Below, piece after piece: positions 39,143-47,126 of a stretch of 64,000 nucleotides of DNA. The translations under genes and the position numbers were made by a program. Source of the stretch: Novosphingobium sp. (lineage in GTDB: Bacteria > Pseudomonadota > Alphaproteobacteria > Sphingomonadales > Sphingomonadaceae). Within the stretch, counting starts at the first letter, position 1; the number at the start of each line of letters is the position of its first letter. The stretch is from the NCBI GenBank assembly GCA_041677785.1, contig JBAYPJ010000005.1:3482-67481 (forward strand), in the 5' to 3' direction. The notes under the pieces are model-generated. The model was not told the origin of the DNA. It ran no database searches and was given only the letters and a program-made list of their open reading frames with translations.

Positions 39143-41438
39143 CTTCCCTCCATTCGGGACCATCGCAACGGAGCAGTTGCTCATATCCATAGTATGCGAG
39201 CTGGAATGCCAGCAGCGATTCGGCGCCGACGTTCTGATTGGCGCCGTGCGGCGTCAACCCGTCGAAGCAGGAGCCGAGCTGGAAGTCGACAAGCGCGACG
39301 TTCCGGTCGTTCTCGCCCAGGAACCAGCGATAGGCGCGCCGCCCGTGATCGAGCCACAGCGACGAGCCCGGATCGCAGCGGCGTGCGGACGTGCAGGCGT
39401 CGATCGCCGCCCAGGCCTCCAGCGGCTGCTGGTCGAACGGCAGGATATCGCCATCGCGGCCGAAGCTGTCCGAGCCGACCGGACGAAACACGCCGTTCGC
39501 CCCGCACTGCCTCGCCAGCATCCAGCGCAGGTTGACGAGCCCCGCCTCGACCCAATCGGCGCGGCCGAGCCAGCGCCCGCATTCGATTAGCGCCTGCGAC
39601 AGACGGGGATTGTCATAGCCGACGACGCTCTCGAACCACGTCCAGCCGGGCCGGCGCATGGACGCGAGCAGCTTGGCGAGCCGGTCGCCGCAGCGCTCGA
39701 CGATGGCGGCGGCCGTCGGCTGCGCCGGGTCCTGCTCCAGCACCGCCACCGCGCCGAGCGCGGCGAAGGCGATGGCGCGCGGGGCATGGAATTCGAGCGC
39801 GATCGGGGCATGCTCGGCAAAGGCGTTCGCCGCCCAGAGACGCATCGCGGGAAGCCGCGACTCCGCCGCCGTATCGCCCAGCGCCCAGATCGCGCGGCCG
39901 TTGCTGTCCTCGGAGCCGATGTCCTCGCACCATGTGCGGTCGAAGGCCATGAAATTGCGGAACCGCCGCATCTCGGGATTCCAGGCGTACTGCAGGAACG
40001 AGGCGAAAGTGCTCCCCCGCCGCAGTTCCTCGCCCGGACCGTGCCAGGCGACCCGGTTGACCAGCATCAGCGCGCGCACGTTGTCGTCCAGGCAATAGCC
40101 GTGGCGGCGATCGGGCACGATGAAGCGCCCGTGCTGCAGCATGCCGGTGCCGTCGCATAGCGCGTCGAAAGCGGCCAGGCCGGGGATGAGCCGTTCGGCC
40201 GCGGCCGGGATCGCCCGTCCGGGCGCCACCGCGCCCTCCAGCATGGTCTTGGCATTGGCCACGAACTGCCGCCACACCGTCCGCCGGCCGCGCCGATAGG
40301 CGCGCAGTTGCAGCGCCTCCAGCTCGTCCGGATGGTCGAGCAGGCGGTTCACCGCGGCGGCGATTCCCGCCGGATCGTTGGGTTCCACAAGAACGCCGCC
40401 GGTGTCGGCGAGCAGCTCGCGCGCATGGATGTACGGGGTCGAGACCACGGCCCGCCCCAGCGCCACGGCATAGCTCAGCGTGCCCGAGGTCGCCTGCTGG
40501 AGATTGAGATAGGGCGTGAGGTAGAGGTCGCAGTCCTCCAGCATCTCGACCAGTTCGGCGACCTCGAGAAACCGGTTGATCCATTCGATATGGCCGGCGA
40601 CGCCGAGCCGCCGGGCCTGTGCCTCAAGGCTCTGGCGGTAGGCCTCGCCATGGCGCCGCAGCTCGTTGGGGTGCGAGACGCCGACGATGCGATAAACGGC
40701 ATCCGGATGGCGCGCAACGATCGCGGGCAGGGCCTCGATCGCGGCTTCCAGGCCCTTGCCGGGGCCGAGCAGGCCGAACGTCATCAGCCGGCGCGGCGCC
40801 CCCGCGCGCGAAAGCCGCAGCGGCCGGTCCGGCGCGCCGTGCTCGATCACGCTGACACGCTCGGGATCGGCCCCATAGCGGTCGATCAGCAGATCACGGC
40901 CGGCGCGGCACATTACCATGAGATGGCTGGCGCGGGCGATCAAACGCCGGACGATCGCCTCCTGCTTGGCCGAGGGCTGCGACAGGACGGTGTGCAGCGT
41001 GACGATCAGCGGGGCGGCGATGCGATCGACGAGGGCGAGCACGTCCTCGCCGCGATCCCCGGCGAAGATGCCGAATTCGTGTTGCAGCCAGACCGCGTCG
41101 ACCCCGTCCTCGTTCATCCGCCGGGCAGCGTCGGCATAGGCATCGGGCCCGTGGTTCAGGATGTCGGCATAGATCCGCCCGTCCCGCAGGACCTCCGCGG
41201 GGTCCTGCAGGGCATAGACGTCGAGCCGGGTTTCGGGCTGAAAGTGCGAGAACTGCTCGAAGATATCGGTGGTATAGGTGGCGATGCCGCACCTGCGGGG
41301 CGCGAAGTTGCCGATCAGGGCAACCCGCATCGGCCGGACCCGCTGCGGCAAAGGCGCCGTGTTCCTGGGCTCGAGCGAAACGACGGCCGCCATTGCACCG
41401 TCGTTCCGGCTTACGTTGCCCTGCAGCAGGTATTCCAT
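39117..41438 (-). CDS. Glycosyltransferase family 4 (GT-B) fused to a C-terminal domain of about 330 aa and unknown function
   Basis: N-terminal half MRVALIGNFAPRRCGIATYT...; GT4-like second Rossmann domain with ...TPYLNLQQATSGTLSYAVALGRAVVSTP.... The C-terminal half (..GYCLDDNVRALM..) was not assigned. The start at 41438 (MEYLLQ) is preferred because the candidate promoter lies inside the longer 41525 ORF. Confidence 0.7.
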   Translation of the reverse strand: MEYLLQGNVSRNDGAMAAVVSLEPRNTAPLPQRVRPMRVALIGNFAPRRCGIATYTTDIFEQFSHFQPETRLDVYALQDPAEVLRDGRIYADILNHGPDAYADAARRMNEDGVDAVWLQHEFGIFAGDRGEDVLALVDRIAAPLIVTLHTVLSQPSAKQEAIVRRLIARASHLMVMCRAGRDLLIDRYGADPERVSVIEHGAPDRPLRLSRAGAPRRLMTFGLLGPGKGLEAAIEALPAIVARHPDAVYRIVGVSHPNELRRHGEAYRQSLEAQARRLGVAGHIEWINRFLEVAELVEMLEDCDLYLTPYLNLQQATSGTLSYAVALGRAVVSTPYIHARELLADTGGVLVEPNDPAGIAAAVNRLLDHPDELEALQLRAYRRGRRTVWRQFVANAKTMLEGAVAPGRAIPAAAERLIPGLAAFDALCDGTGMLQHGRFIVPDRRHGYCLDDNVRALMLVNRVAWHGPGEELRRGSTFASFLQYAWNPEMRRFRNFMAFDRTWCEDIGSEDSNGRAIWALGDTAAESRLPAMRLWAANAFAEHAPIALEFHAPRAIAFAALGAVAVLEQDPAQPTAAAIVERCGDRLAKLLASMRRPGWTWFESVVGYDNPRLSQALIECGRWLGRADWVEAGLVNLRWMLARQCGANGVFRPVGSDSFGRDGDILPFDQQPLEAWAAIDACTSARRCDPGSSLWLDHGRRAYRWFLGENDRNVALVDFQLGSCFDGLTPHGANQNVGAESLLAFQLAYYGYEQLLRCDGPEWREDAAQSRQR

Positions 41439-41486
41439 GTCAAGATTTCTCCATCGCCAAGTGTCGTCGCGCCGCCCGATGATGCT

Positions 41487-41511
41487 AACGACGGAGCCCC
41501 GACAAGGTTGC
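41487..41511 (-). promoter_or_regulatory. Near-consensus EcfG-type promoter upstream of the GT4-fusion gene
   Basis: Minus strand GCAAC-cttgtcggggctccgt-CGTT (N16; one mismatch in the -35 element). Confidence 0.35.
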
Positions 41512-41564
41512 TCGCATTGCAACAAAATCTGCCGGCACGGGCCCGGTTCGACGATAGGCCCGGC

Positions 41565-41849
41565 TCAGGATTCGGGGGTCCGGACAGCCCGCTCCTTGCG
41601 GTGCGGCGAGAGCAGGTACCGCCACACGCCCACCGAATTGATCGCCAGCAGCACGACGTTCTGCATGCCGATCCCCTCGCTGTCCGGCTGGAGGAAGCCC
41701 CAGGCGATCAGCGCCAGCGAGCTGGTGACGAAGATCACCATGGCATAGCCCGTCCATTTCCGGCCGAGATCGAGCGAGACGAGCAGGGCCGCGATCGTCG
41801 CGGCGATCGCGCCATAGTATTGCAGGCCGGCCAGCACGGCGTCGCTCAT
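41565..41849 (-). CDS. Small 3-TM membrane protein (94 aa), function unknown
   Basis: MSDAVLAGLQYYGAIAATIAALLVSLDLGRKWTGYAMVIFVTSSLALIAWGFL...VVLLAINSVGVWRYLL. This is the C-terminal part of track ORF 41565..42206, 28 nt downstream of the receiver gene. Confidence 0.55.
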   Translation of the reverse strand: MSDAVLAGLQYYGAIAATIAALLVSLDLGRKWTGYAMVIFVTSSLALIAWGFLQPDSEGIGMQNVVLLAINSVGVWRYLLSPHRKERAVRTPES

Positions 41850-41877
41850 CGCCGCTGCGCCGCAGCAGCGCCGGGCA

Positions 41878-42270
41878 TCAGGCCGATTGGCGGCCGAAGC
41901 TGAACTCGGCCGGCATACCGCGTGCCTCCCCGCCCCCGGCCAGCGCCACCGCGGCAAGGATGGCGTTACGCGAAAAGGGCTTCTCCACCACGCCCAGGGC
42001 CGTGCGCGCCGGCCGGCCGACCTGGGCCGGATTGGCGGTGACATAGACGATCGCGGTATCGAAGCGCTCGGCGAGCTGCTCGGCGATGGTCGTGCCGGAA
42101 GGGCCGTCACGCAAGTTGAGGTCGACCAGCGCCACTTGCGGCACCTCGGCCAGCAGGCAGGCCGAGGCGTGATCGGGAACGATGCCGACCACCCTGTGCC
42201 CGGCATCGGTCAGCATGTCCTCGAGCTGCAGCGCGACCAGCACCTCGTCCTCGACGATCAGCACGTTCAC
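41878..42270 (-). CDS. Single-domain response regulator (receiver only)
   Basis: GTG start behind GGAGGAA. VNVLIVEDEVLVALQLEDMLTDAGHRVVGIV...VALVDLNLRDGPSG...IVYVTANP...VEKPF. It is the tail of track ORF 41878..43077. Confidence 0.78.
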   Translation of the reverse strand: MNVLIVEDEVLVALQLEDMLTDAGHRVVGIVPDHASACLLAEVPQVALVDLNLRDGPSGTTIAEQLAERFDTAIVYVTANPAQVGRPARTALGVVEKPFSRNAILAAVALAGGGEARGMPAEFSFGRQSA

Positions 42271-42311
42271 GCCGCCGGTTCCTCCATGTCGGACATCGTC
42301 CCGAAGGTCCT

Positions 42312-42959
42312 TCAGGCCGCCGCGGCGCCCGCCGGCTCGTGGTTCGCGATCCGCGCCAGTTCGGCGAAAAACGCGTCGACGGCGCTGCCCGTAAGGACGA
42401 AGTTGTGGCGGAAGTCCGGCAGGCGGCCCGACGCCAGCACATGACTGAGCATCGCCCGCGCGCGGCAGATACGGCTTTTCACCGTGCCCAGCGCGATGCC
42501 GCAGATGTCGGCGATCTCCTCGTAGGACAGGCTGCCGATGGCGACGAGGATCAGCGCCTCGCGGTAGGTGTCGGGCACCGCCGCCAGCGCGCGAAGCACG
42601 TCCGACAGTTCCACCGCGTCCTCCTGCGCGGCAGGCGCGCGCAACGTGCGCTCGGCCACCGCTTCGTCGTAATCGCCATGGAAGCGGGCGCGGCGCGCCT
42701 CGCTGTAGAAGTGGTTGCGCAGGATCGTGAAAGTCCAGGCCTTGAAGTTCGTGCCTGCGCGATAGCGCGCGCGCGCGGCCCAGGCGCGCATCAGCGCTTC
42801 CTGAGCCAGATCGTCGGCCCGGTCGCGGCATCCGCACAGACCGCGGGCAAAAGCGCGCAAGTGCGGCGCAACCTCGAGAAGCGCCCGCTTGAAATCCTTG
42901 TCGCTCAGAGGATGAGCTTCGCGTTCGGCAGGCTCTGCCGCGCTCTTCACCACCGCCAT
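42312..42959 (-). CDS. ecfG: ECF sigma factor, EcfG (ECF15) family, paralog 2 (no adjacent nepR)
   Basis: DFKRALLEVAPHLRAFARGLCG..ADDLAQEALMRAW...FKAWTFTILRNHFYSE...ALILVAIGSLSYEEIADICGIALGTVKSRICRAR. The start at 42959 is behind GGAGG. There are about 42 residues after the sigma-4 HTH helix, versus about 20 in paralog 1. Confidence 0.85.
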   Translation of the reverse strand: MAVVKSAAEPAEREAHPLSDKDFKRALLEVAPHLRAFARGLCGCRDRADDLAQEALMRAWAARARYRAGTNFKAWTFTILRNHFYSEARRARFHGDYDEAVAERTLRAPAAQEDAVELSDVLRALAAVPDTYREALILVAIGSLSYEEIADICGIALGTVKSRICRARAMLSHVLASGRLPDFRHNFVLTGSAVDAFFAELARIANHEPAGAAAA

Positions 42960-42995
42960 GCGTTGACCTCCGGGTTGTTGATCCATGGGCATAGC

Positions 42996-43021
42996 AACGC
43001 CACCGGACCGGCAATGGTTCC
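42996..43021 (-). promoter_or_regulatory. EcfG-type promoter motif upstream of ecfG paralog 2 (autoregulation)
   Basis: Minus strand GGAAC-cattgccggtccggtgg-CGTT (N17), about 37 nt upstream of the ATG at 42959. Confidence 0.6.
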
Positions 43022-43082
43022 CGGAGGCCGGCCAACGGGCGGCCGGATGCCCTCCTTTTTGCGTTCGGAATGCACATAAAGC

Positions 43083-43107
43083 GGAACAGTCGCAGCCGCC
43101 GCGCGTT
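43083..43107 (+). promoter_or_regulatory. EcfG-type promoter motif facing phyR, divergent from the ecfG2 promoter
   Basis: GGAAC-agtcgcagccgccgcg-CGTT (N16). It lies 428 nt upstream of the phyR ATG, with no convincing ORF in between. Confidence 0.55.
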
Positions 43108-43113
43108 TCAGCG

Positions 43114-43290
43114 GCCAGGCGGAGCGACGTATGCAACCGACCTATGCAACAGGGCGCCCGGCAGGAATCGCGACATGACAGGACGGAAAGCCGCAAGATG
43201 ACGCCGGACCGCAAGAACCCGCCCCTTCGGTCCCAACCGCCGGAATCGTTGAGGCCTCCGCACTCGGTGAAGGGGGCGGAGGCCTCAGGA
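43114..43290 (+). ncRNA. Candidate EcfG-dependent small RNA or long structured phyR leader (hypothetical)
   Basis: The predicted TSS is just after the 43083-43107 promoter. A hairpin at 43206-43233 (GGACCG/CGGTCC) has a 16-nt C-rich loop caagaaCCCGCCCCtt. An 11-bp perfect hairpin follows at 43251-43286 (GAGGCCTCCGC/GCGGAGGCCTC). The only long ORF here (42985..43515) has poor GC3. Confidence 0.3.
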
Positions 43291-43534
43291 TCGATTCACC
43301 ACCGGATTGCGGGGGGTGGGTACGGGAGGGCCGGTGGTGATACCGGTGAAACTCGCCCGTCCAACCGCGGTTCCCGGAACCCTGGAAAATTTTTCACGGG
43401 CCGCGCAAGCCGGGCTGTGGTAGGGTCCGCGCCGATCCGGCCGGGCCGGCCCGGCGTTCCGCACTGCGTGGCCGATAACCAATCCATTCGCTTATATCAT
43501 TCAAAATCCAGATGAAGTCTTGCCGAGGTTGCTT

Positions 43535-44350
43535 ATGTCGATGGCCGATCAGATTGCCGCCCAACTCCCCTACCTGCGCCGTTATGCGCGCGCGCTGACG
43601 GGATCGCAGACGTCGGGCGACGCCTACGTGCGCGCCACGCTTGAAGCCGCGCTGGCAGACAGGGACCTGCTCGACAGGATCGGCGAAGGCCGGGTGGCGC
43701 TCTACCGGGCCTTCAACAGGATCTGGTCGACGGGGCACGTCGAAACGGCGGGCGCCAATGCCGGCGGCGGCGAAGGGAACGGCGGCGGCGACGTGCACGA
43801 GCAGGCGGCGAAGGAACGCCTGCTGCACGTCACCCCCGCGCATCGCCAGGCACTGCTGCTGACCACGCTCGAGGATTTCACCACCGGGGAAGCGGCAACC
43901 ATCCTCGGCGTCTCGCCCGAAGAGGTCGAGGCCATGGTCCTCCAGGCGATCGACGAGATCGAGACCGAGACCGAGACCGACGTGCTGATCATCGAGGACG
44001 AGCCGCTGATCTCGATGCAGCTCGAGGGGCTGGTCACGGACCTGGGCCACCGCGTCATCGGCACCGCGGCGACGCGCAGCCAGGCGCTGGAGATCTTCGC
44101 CGAGCGGCCGGCCGGCCTGGTCCTCGCCGATATCCAGCTCGCCGACGGCAGCTCGGGCATCGATGCGGTCGAGGACCTGCTCAAGTTCGGCGACCTGCCG
44201 GTGATCTTCATCACCGCCTATCCCGAGAAGCTGCTGACCGGCGAACGCCCCGAGCCGACCTACCTGGTGACCAAGCCGTTCCAGGAATCGACCGTCCGCG
44301 CTGCCATCAGCCAGGCGCTGTTCTTCGGCTCCAGCCGCCCCCTGGGATAG
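43535..44350 (+). CDS. phyR: PhyR anti-anti-sigma factor response regulator (sigma-like domain + receiver)
   Basis: MSMADQIAAQLPYLRRYARALTGSQTSGDAYVRATLEA... (ECF-like N-domain), ...DVLIIEDEPLISMQLE...LADIQLADGSSG...VIFITAYPE...TKPF (receiver). The ATG at 43535 is behind GAGG; the track ORF starts at a TTG at 43520. Confidence 0.9.
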   Translation: MSMADQIAAQLPYLRRYARALTGSQTSGDAYVRATLEAALADRDLLDRIGEGRVALYRAFNRIWSTGHVETAGANAGGGEGNGGGDVHEQAAKERLLHVTPAHRQALLLTTLEDFTTGEAATILGVSPEEVEAMVLQAIDEIETETETDVLIIEDEPLISMQLEGLVTDLGHRVIGTAATRSQALEIFAERPAGLVLADIQLADGSSGIDAVEDLLKFGDLPVIFITAYPEKLLTGERPEPTYLVTKPFQESTVRAAISQALFFGSSRPLG

Positions 44351-44414
44351 CATCGGACGCGCGCCGCTTCCCCCTTTCCCGCGCCATGCGGGCGGGGGAG
44401 CTGTCCTTATCCCC

Positions 44415-46076
44415 TCATTTCGGCCTGGCGCCGCGCAGGGCGAAATTCGTCGGCTTGCGCACGGGCACGCGCAGCGTGCATTCGACGCCCGTGGCATCGA
44501 AGCGCAGATCCACTTTCGACTGCAGCTCGTGCGCCACGATCTTTTCCAGCAGATCGCGCCCGAACCCGCGCTTGCCGGGGGCCTGCACCGGCGGGCCGCC
44601 GGTCTCGCGCCAGTTCAGCTCGGCAACCTCGGGCGTGACCAGGTGCCATTCGATGAACACCCGCCCCTCGGTGGTGCTAAGGGCGCCGTACTTCGCCGCG
44701 TTGGTCGCCAGCTCATGGATCGCGAGCCCCAGCGACATCGCGTCGTTCGGCGCCAGCCGGATCGCGGGGCCCGTCATTTCCACGTGGTTTTCGCTGGCCG
44801 CCATATAGGGCGCCAGCTCGCTCCGCACGATCTCGGCGATGGGCGCGTCGGTCCAGTCGCTCTGCGACAGCAGATCGTGCGTCGCGGACAGTGCCCGGAT
44901 GCGCCCCGTGAGGCTCTCGGTGAAGTCGTCGAGATCGAGCGAGCGGCGCCGCGTCAGCGCGACGATCGACAGCACATTAGCCAGCGTATTCTTGACGCGA
45001 TGGTTGAGTTCCCGCGTCAGCGAGGTGCGGATGGCGGACTGATCCCGCTGCCATTCGAGCACGAGGCGATCCTCGGCCGCCCGCTTGGTGATGAGCCGGG
45101 CGGTGAACATGGCCAGCACGCCCAGCACGGTGCCGAAGATCAGGGTCGCGCGTGACAGCGGCGAAAGCATGGCCGGGCGCCGGAACGTGGCGCTGATGAC
45201 CCAGGGCCGGTTGGCGACGACGATGCGACGCTCCATCGACAGGCCGTGCTCGCCCGGCAGGCGGTGGGCGGCGAGCAGCCGGTCCGGACGCCGCACGCCG
45301 TCGTACACCGCGATCTCGATGCTGCGGTCGCGGACAAGCTCGAAGGCGGCGGCGAGAAAGTCCTGCGCGCGGAAGGGGCTGTAGACGAACCCGCGGATGC
45401 TGCGCTCTGCGCCCTCCCCCTGGAAAACCGGCATGTAGATGAGAAACCCGTCGTCATTCGGCCGCGCCGGGTCCAGGATGAGGCCGACCTTGCCCGACGC
45501 GACGGGCTGGCCCAGGCTTGCGGCAAGCTCCATCGCCTCGCGCCGGGTCGGCTCGGAATACATATCGAAGCCGATCGGGAAGTGGTGCACCGCCTGCTTC
45601 GGCTCGACATAAACGATGGGCATGGCCGCCTTCCGGCCCGGCTCGATGGCAGGATGCACGCGGTATTCGGGGTCGACCACTTCGCGCATGGCCCGCTCGA
45701 ACCGGGGCAGATCGTCCACCGGCGTCCAGCGCGCCCAGGCGACGCCCAGCGCCCCGTGATAGTCGTTATCCGTGTAGAGGCCTTCCGCGATATCGGCGAA
45801 AGCCTTGGGAGAAATGCGGTCGTTGGTCGAGAACAGCGCCGCGCACGCCCGCAGGATGGCGATATTTTCCGCCGCGCGCCGCTGCATGCCCGAGATCAGT
45901 TCGGTGATGTTGCCATCAAGCTGGGAACGCCGCCGCTCTTGCTCGGCCCGCTCGATCGCCACGACGCTCAGCACGGTTCCCAGCGCAACCAGCGCGAACA
46001 GCAGCAATGGCCAGCCGCGCGGATAGCGGTGAAACCACGCCTGCTTTTCAACACGAGCCAGCAGCGCTTTATCCAT
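44415..46076 (-). CDS. Membrane sensor histidine kinase, periplasmic CHASE-like domain + HWE/HisKA_2 kinase (PhyK/PhyP-like)
   Basis: Two TM segments flank a domain of about 230 aa (...GFDMYSEPTRREAMELAASLGQPVASGKV...GFLIYMPVF). H-box LNHRVKNTLANVLSI, N-box ELATNAAKYGAL, and ...WRETGGPPV...RGFG (HWE signature). Confidence 0.85.
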   Translation of the reverse strand: MDKALLARVEKQAWFHRYPRGWPLLLFALVALGTVLSVVAIERAEQERRRSQLDGNITELISGMQRRAAENIAILRACAALFSTNDRISPKAFADIAEGLYTDNDYHGALGVAWARWTPVDDLPRFERAMREVVDPEYRVHPAIEPGRKAAMPIVYVEPKQAVHHFPIGFDMYSEPTRREAMELAASLGQPVASGKVGLILDPARPNDDGFLIYMPVFQGEGAERSIRGFVYSPFRAQDFLAAAFELVRDRSIEIAVYDGVRRPDRLLAAHRLPGEHGLSMERRIVVANRPWVISATFRRPAMLSPLSRATLIFGTVLGVLAMFTARLITKRAAEDRLVLEWQRDQSAIRTSLTRELNHRVKNTLANVLSIVALTRRRSLDLDDFTESLTGRIRALSATHDLLSQSDWTDAPIAEIVRSELAPYMAASENHVEMTGPAIRLAPNDAMSLGLAIHELATNAAKYGALSTTEGRVFIEWHLVTPEVAELNWRETGGPPVQAPGKRGFGRDLLEKIVAHELQSKVDLRFDATGVECTLRVPVRKPTNFALRGARPK

Positions 46077-46188
46077 GACGCCTCAATAGTCGCGGGAAAA
46101 TAATCGCGGGGAACCGCCGTGCGCGCCCGGCATCGAGCATGAGCATTCCTACCCCCGCCCCCCTTCTTGGCAAGGTTTTCACGGCAAT

Positions 46189-46213
46189 GGAACCATGTCC
46201 CCGTTTGAAAGTT
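46189..46213 (+). promoter_or_regulatory. Near-consensus EcfG-type promoter upstream of nepR-ecfG
   Basis: GGAAC-catgtccccgtttgaa-AGTT (N16; the -10 is aGTT instead of cGTT), about 70 nt upstream of nepR. Confidence 0.4.
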
Positions 46214-46284
46214 CCCTTGCTGACAGTCGTACCCGCCATGCGCTTGACGCGCCGCCGGATCGGAAGGAAATAGGACGTTGCAGG

Positions 46285-46488
46285 ATGGAGTTCGTTTTGA
46301 GTCAGCCAAAGGGAATGGATGACCGGAAGCGCACCCCCGGCCAGCCGCCTAAGACCGGCGGCGGCAAGGAGCCCGGCTGGGCCGAAGGCCTGAGGCAGCT
46401 CTACAATTCCGTCGTGCACGAGCCCTTGCCCGATAGCTTCAGCGAATTGCTCAAGAAGCTCGACCGGGTGAAGGACGAGCGTGACTGA
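46285..46488 (+). CDS. nepR: NepR anti-sigma factor
   Basis: The C-terminal part LRQLYNSVVHEPLPDSFSELLKKLD is the canonical NepR motif. The start is uncertain (ATG 46285 MEFVL or 46315 MDDRK). It overlaps the ecfG start by 8 nt. Confidence 0.85.
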   Translation: MEFVLSQPKGMDDRKRTPGQPPKTGGGKEPGWAEGLRQLYNSVVHEPLPDSFSELLKKLDRVKDERD

Positions 46489-47032
46489 GGCCCATCCAGC
46501 CGACAGCGACGGGGTATTCAAGCGCGACCTGCTGGCGGTACTGCCGCATCTGCGGGCTTTCGCCCGCGGGCTGTGCGGGCGAGCGGATTTCGCCGACGAC
46601 CTTGTCCAGGAAACCGCGATCAAGGCCTGGGTCGCGCGCGACCGTTTCACACCCGGCACCAACATGCGCGCCTGGACGTTCGCGATCCTGCGCAACCACT
46701 TCCTCAGCGAGCTGCGGCGCAACCGCCACCAGGCCGAATACGATCCTGCGGCCGCGGAACGCCTGCTGGTGATGGAATCCGACCAGGAGGCGCCGCTGCA
46801 CCTGTCCGACGTGGAGCAGGCTCTGCGCAAGCTCTCGCCCGAACGGCGCGAGGCGCTGCTGCTCATCGGGGCTGGCGGGTTCACGTACGAGCAGGCGGCG
46901 CAGATCTGCGACTGCGCGGTCGGGACGATGAAAAGCCGCGTCGCGCGCGCGCGCGATCAGCTTGCCCGCCTGCTCGATCCCGAACGGGACACGATCGCCG
47001 CCGCGCCGCGCAAGGCCCGCACCGCGAGCTGA
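46481..47032 (+). CDS. ecfG: ECF sigma factor EcfG (general stress response), paralog 1
   Basis: GTG start behind AAGGA. VFKRDLLAVLPHLRAFARGLCG.ADFADDLVQETAIKAW...MRAWTFAILRNHFLSE...ALLLIGAGGFTYEQAAQICDCAVGTMKSRVARAR. Confidence 0.9.
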   Translation: MTEAHPADSDGVFKRDLLAVLPHLRAFARGLCGRADFADDLVQETAIKAWVARDRFTPGTNMRAWTFAILRNHFLSELRRNRHQAEYDPAAAERLLVMESDQEAPLHLSDVEQALRKLSPERREALLLIGAGGFTYEQAAQICDCAVGTMKSRVARARDQLARLLDPERDTIAAAPRKARTAS

Positions 47033-47126
47033 CCGGCCCGCGAGCTGACCGGTGACGCGCCGGAAAGAAAACCCGGAAGGCATCCTGGCCCGATCTGGTC
47101 GATCAGAACCGGAATGCCTCCAGACG

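Noticed and set aside
43373-43400. GGAAC-cctggaaaatttttca-CGGG, about 140 nt upstream of phyR, as the phyR EcfG promoter.
   Set aside because: The -10 element lacks the conserved GTT. It is kept only as an alternative if the 43083 promoter turns out not to serve phyR.
42985-43515. The 176-aa plus-strand ORF filling the ecfG2-phyR spacer.
   Set aside because: It has frequent A/T third positions (caa, gaa, cga, cat, ctt, cct, gga, att, ggt, gat, act, aaa, ttt), a basic low-complexity product and no SD. The region is better explained as non-coding RNA or leader.
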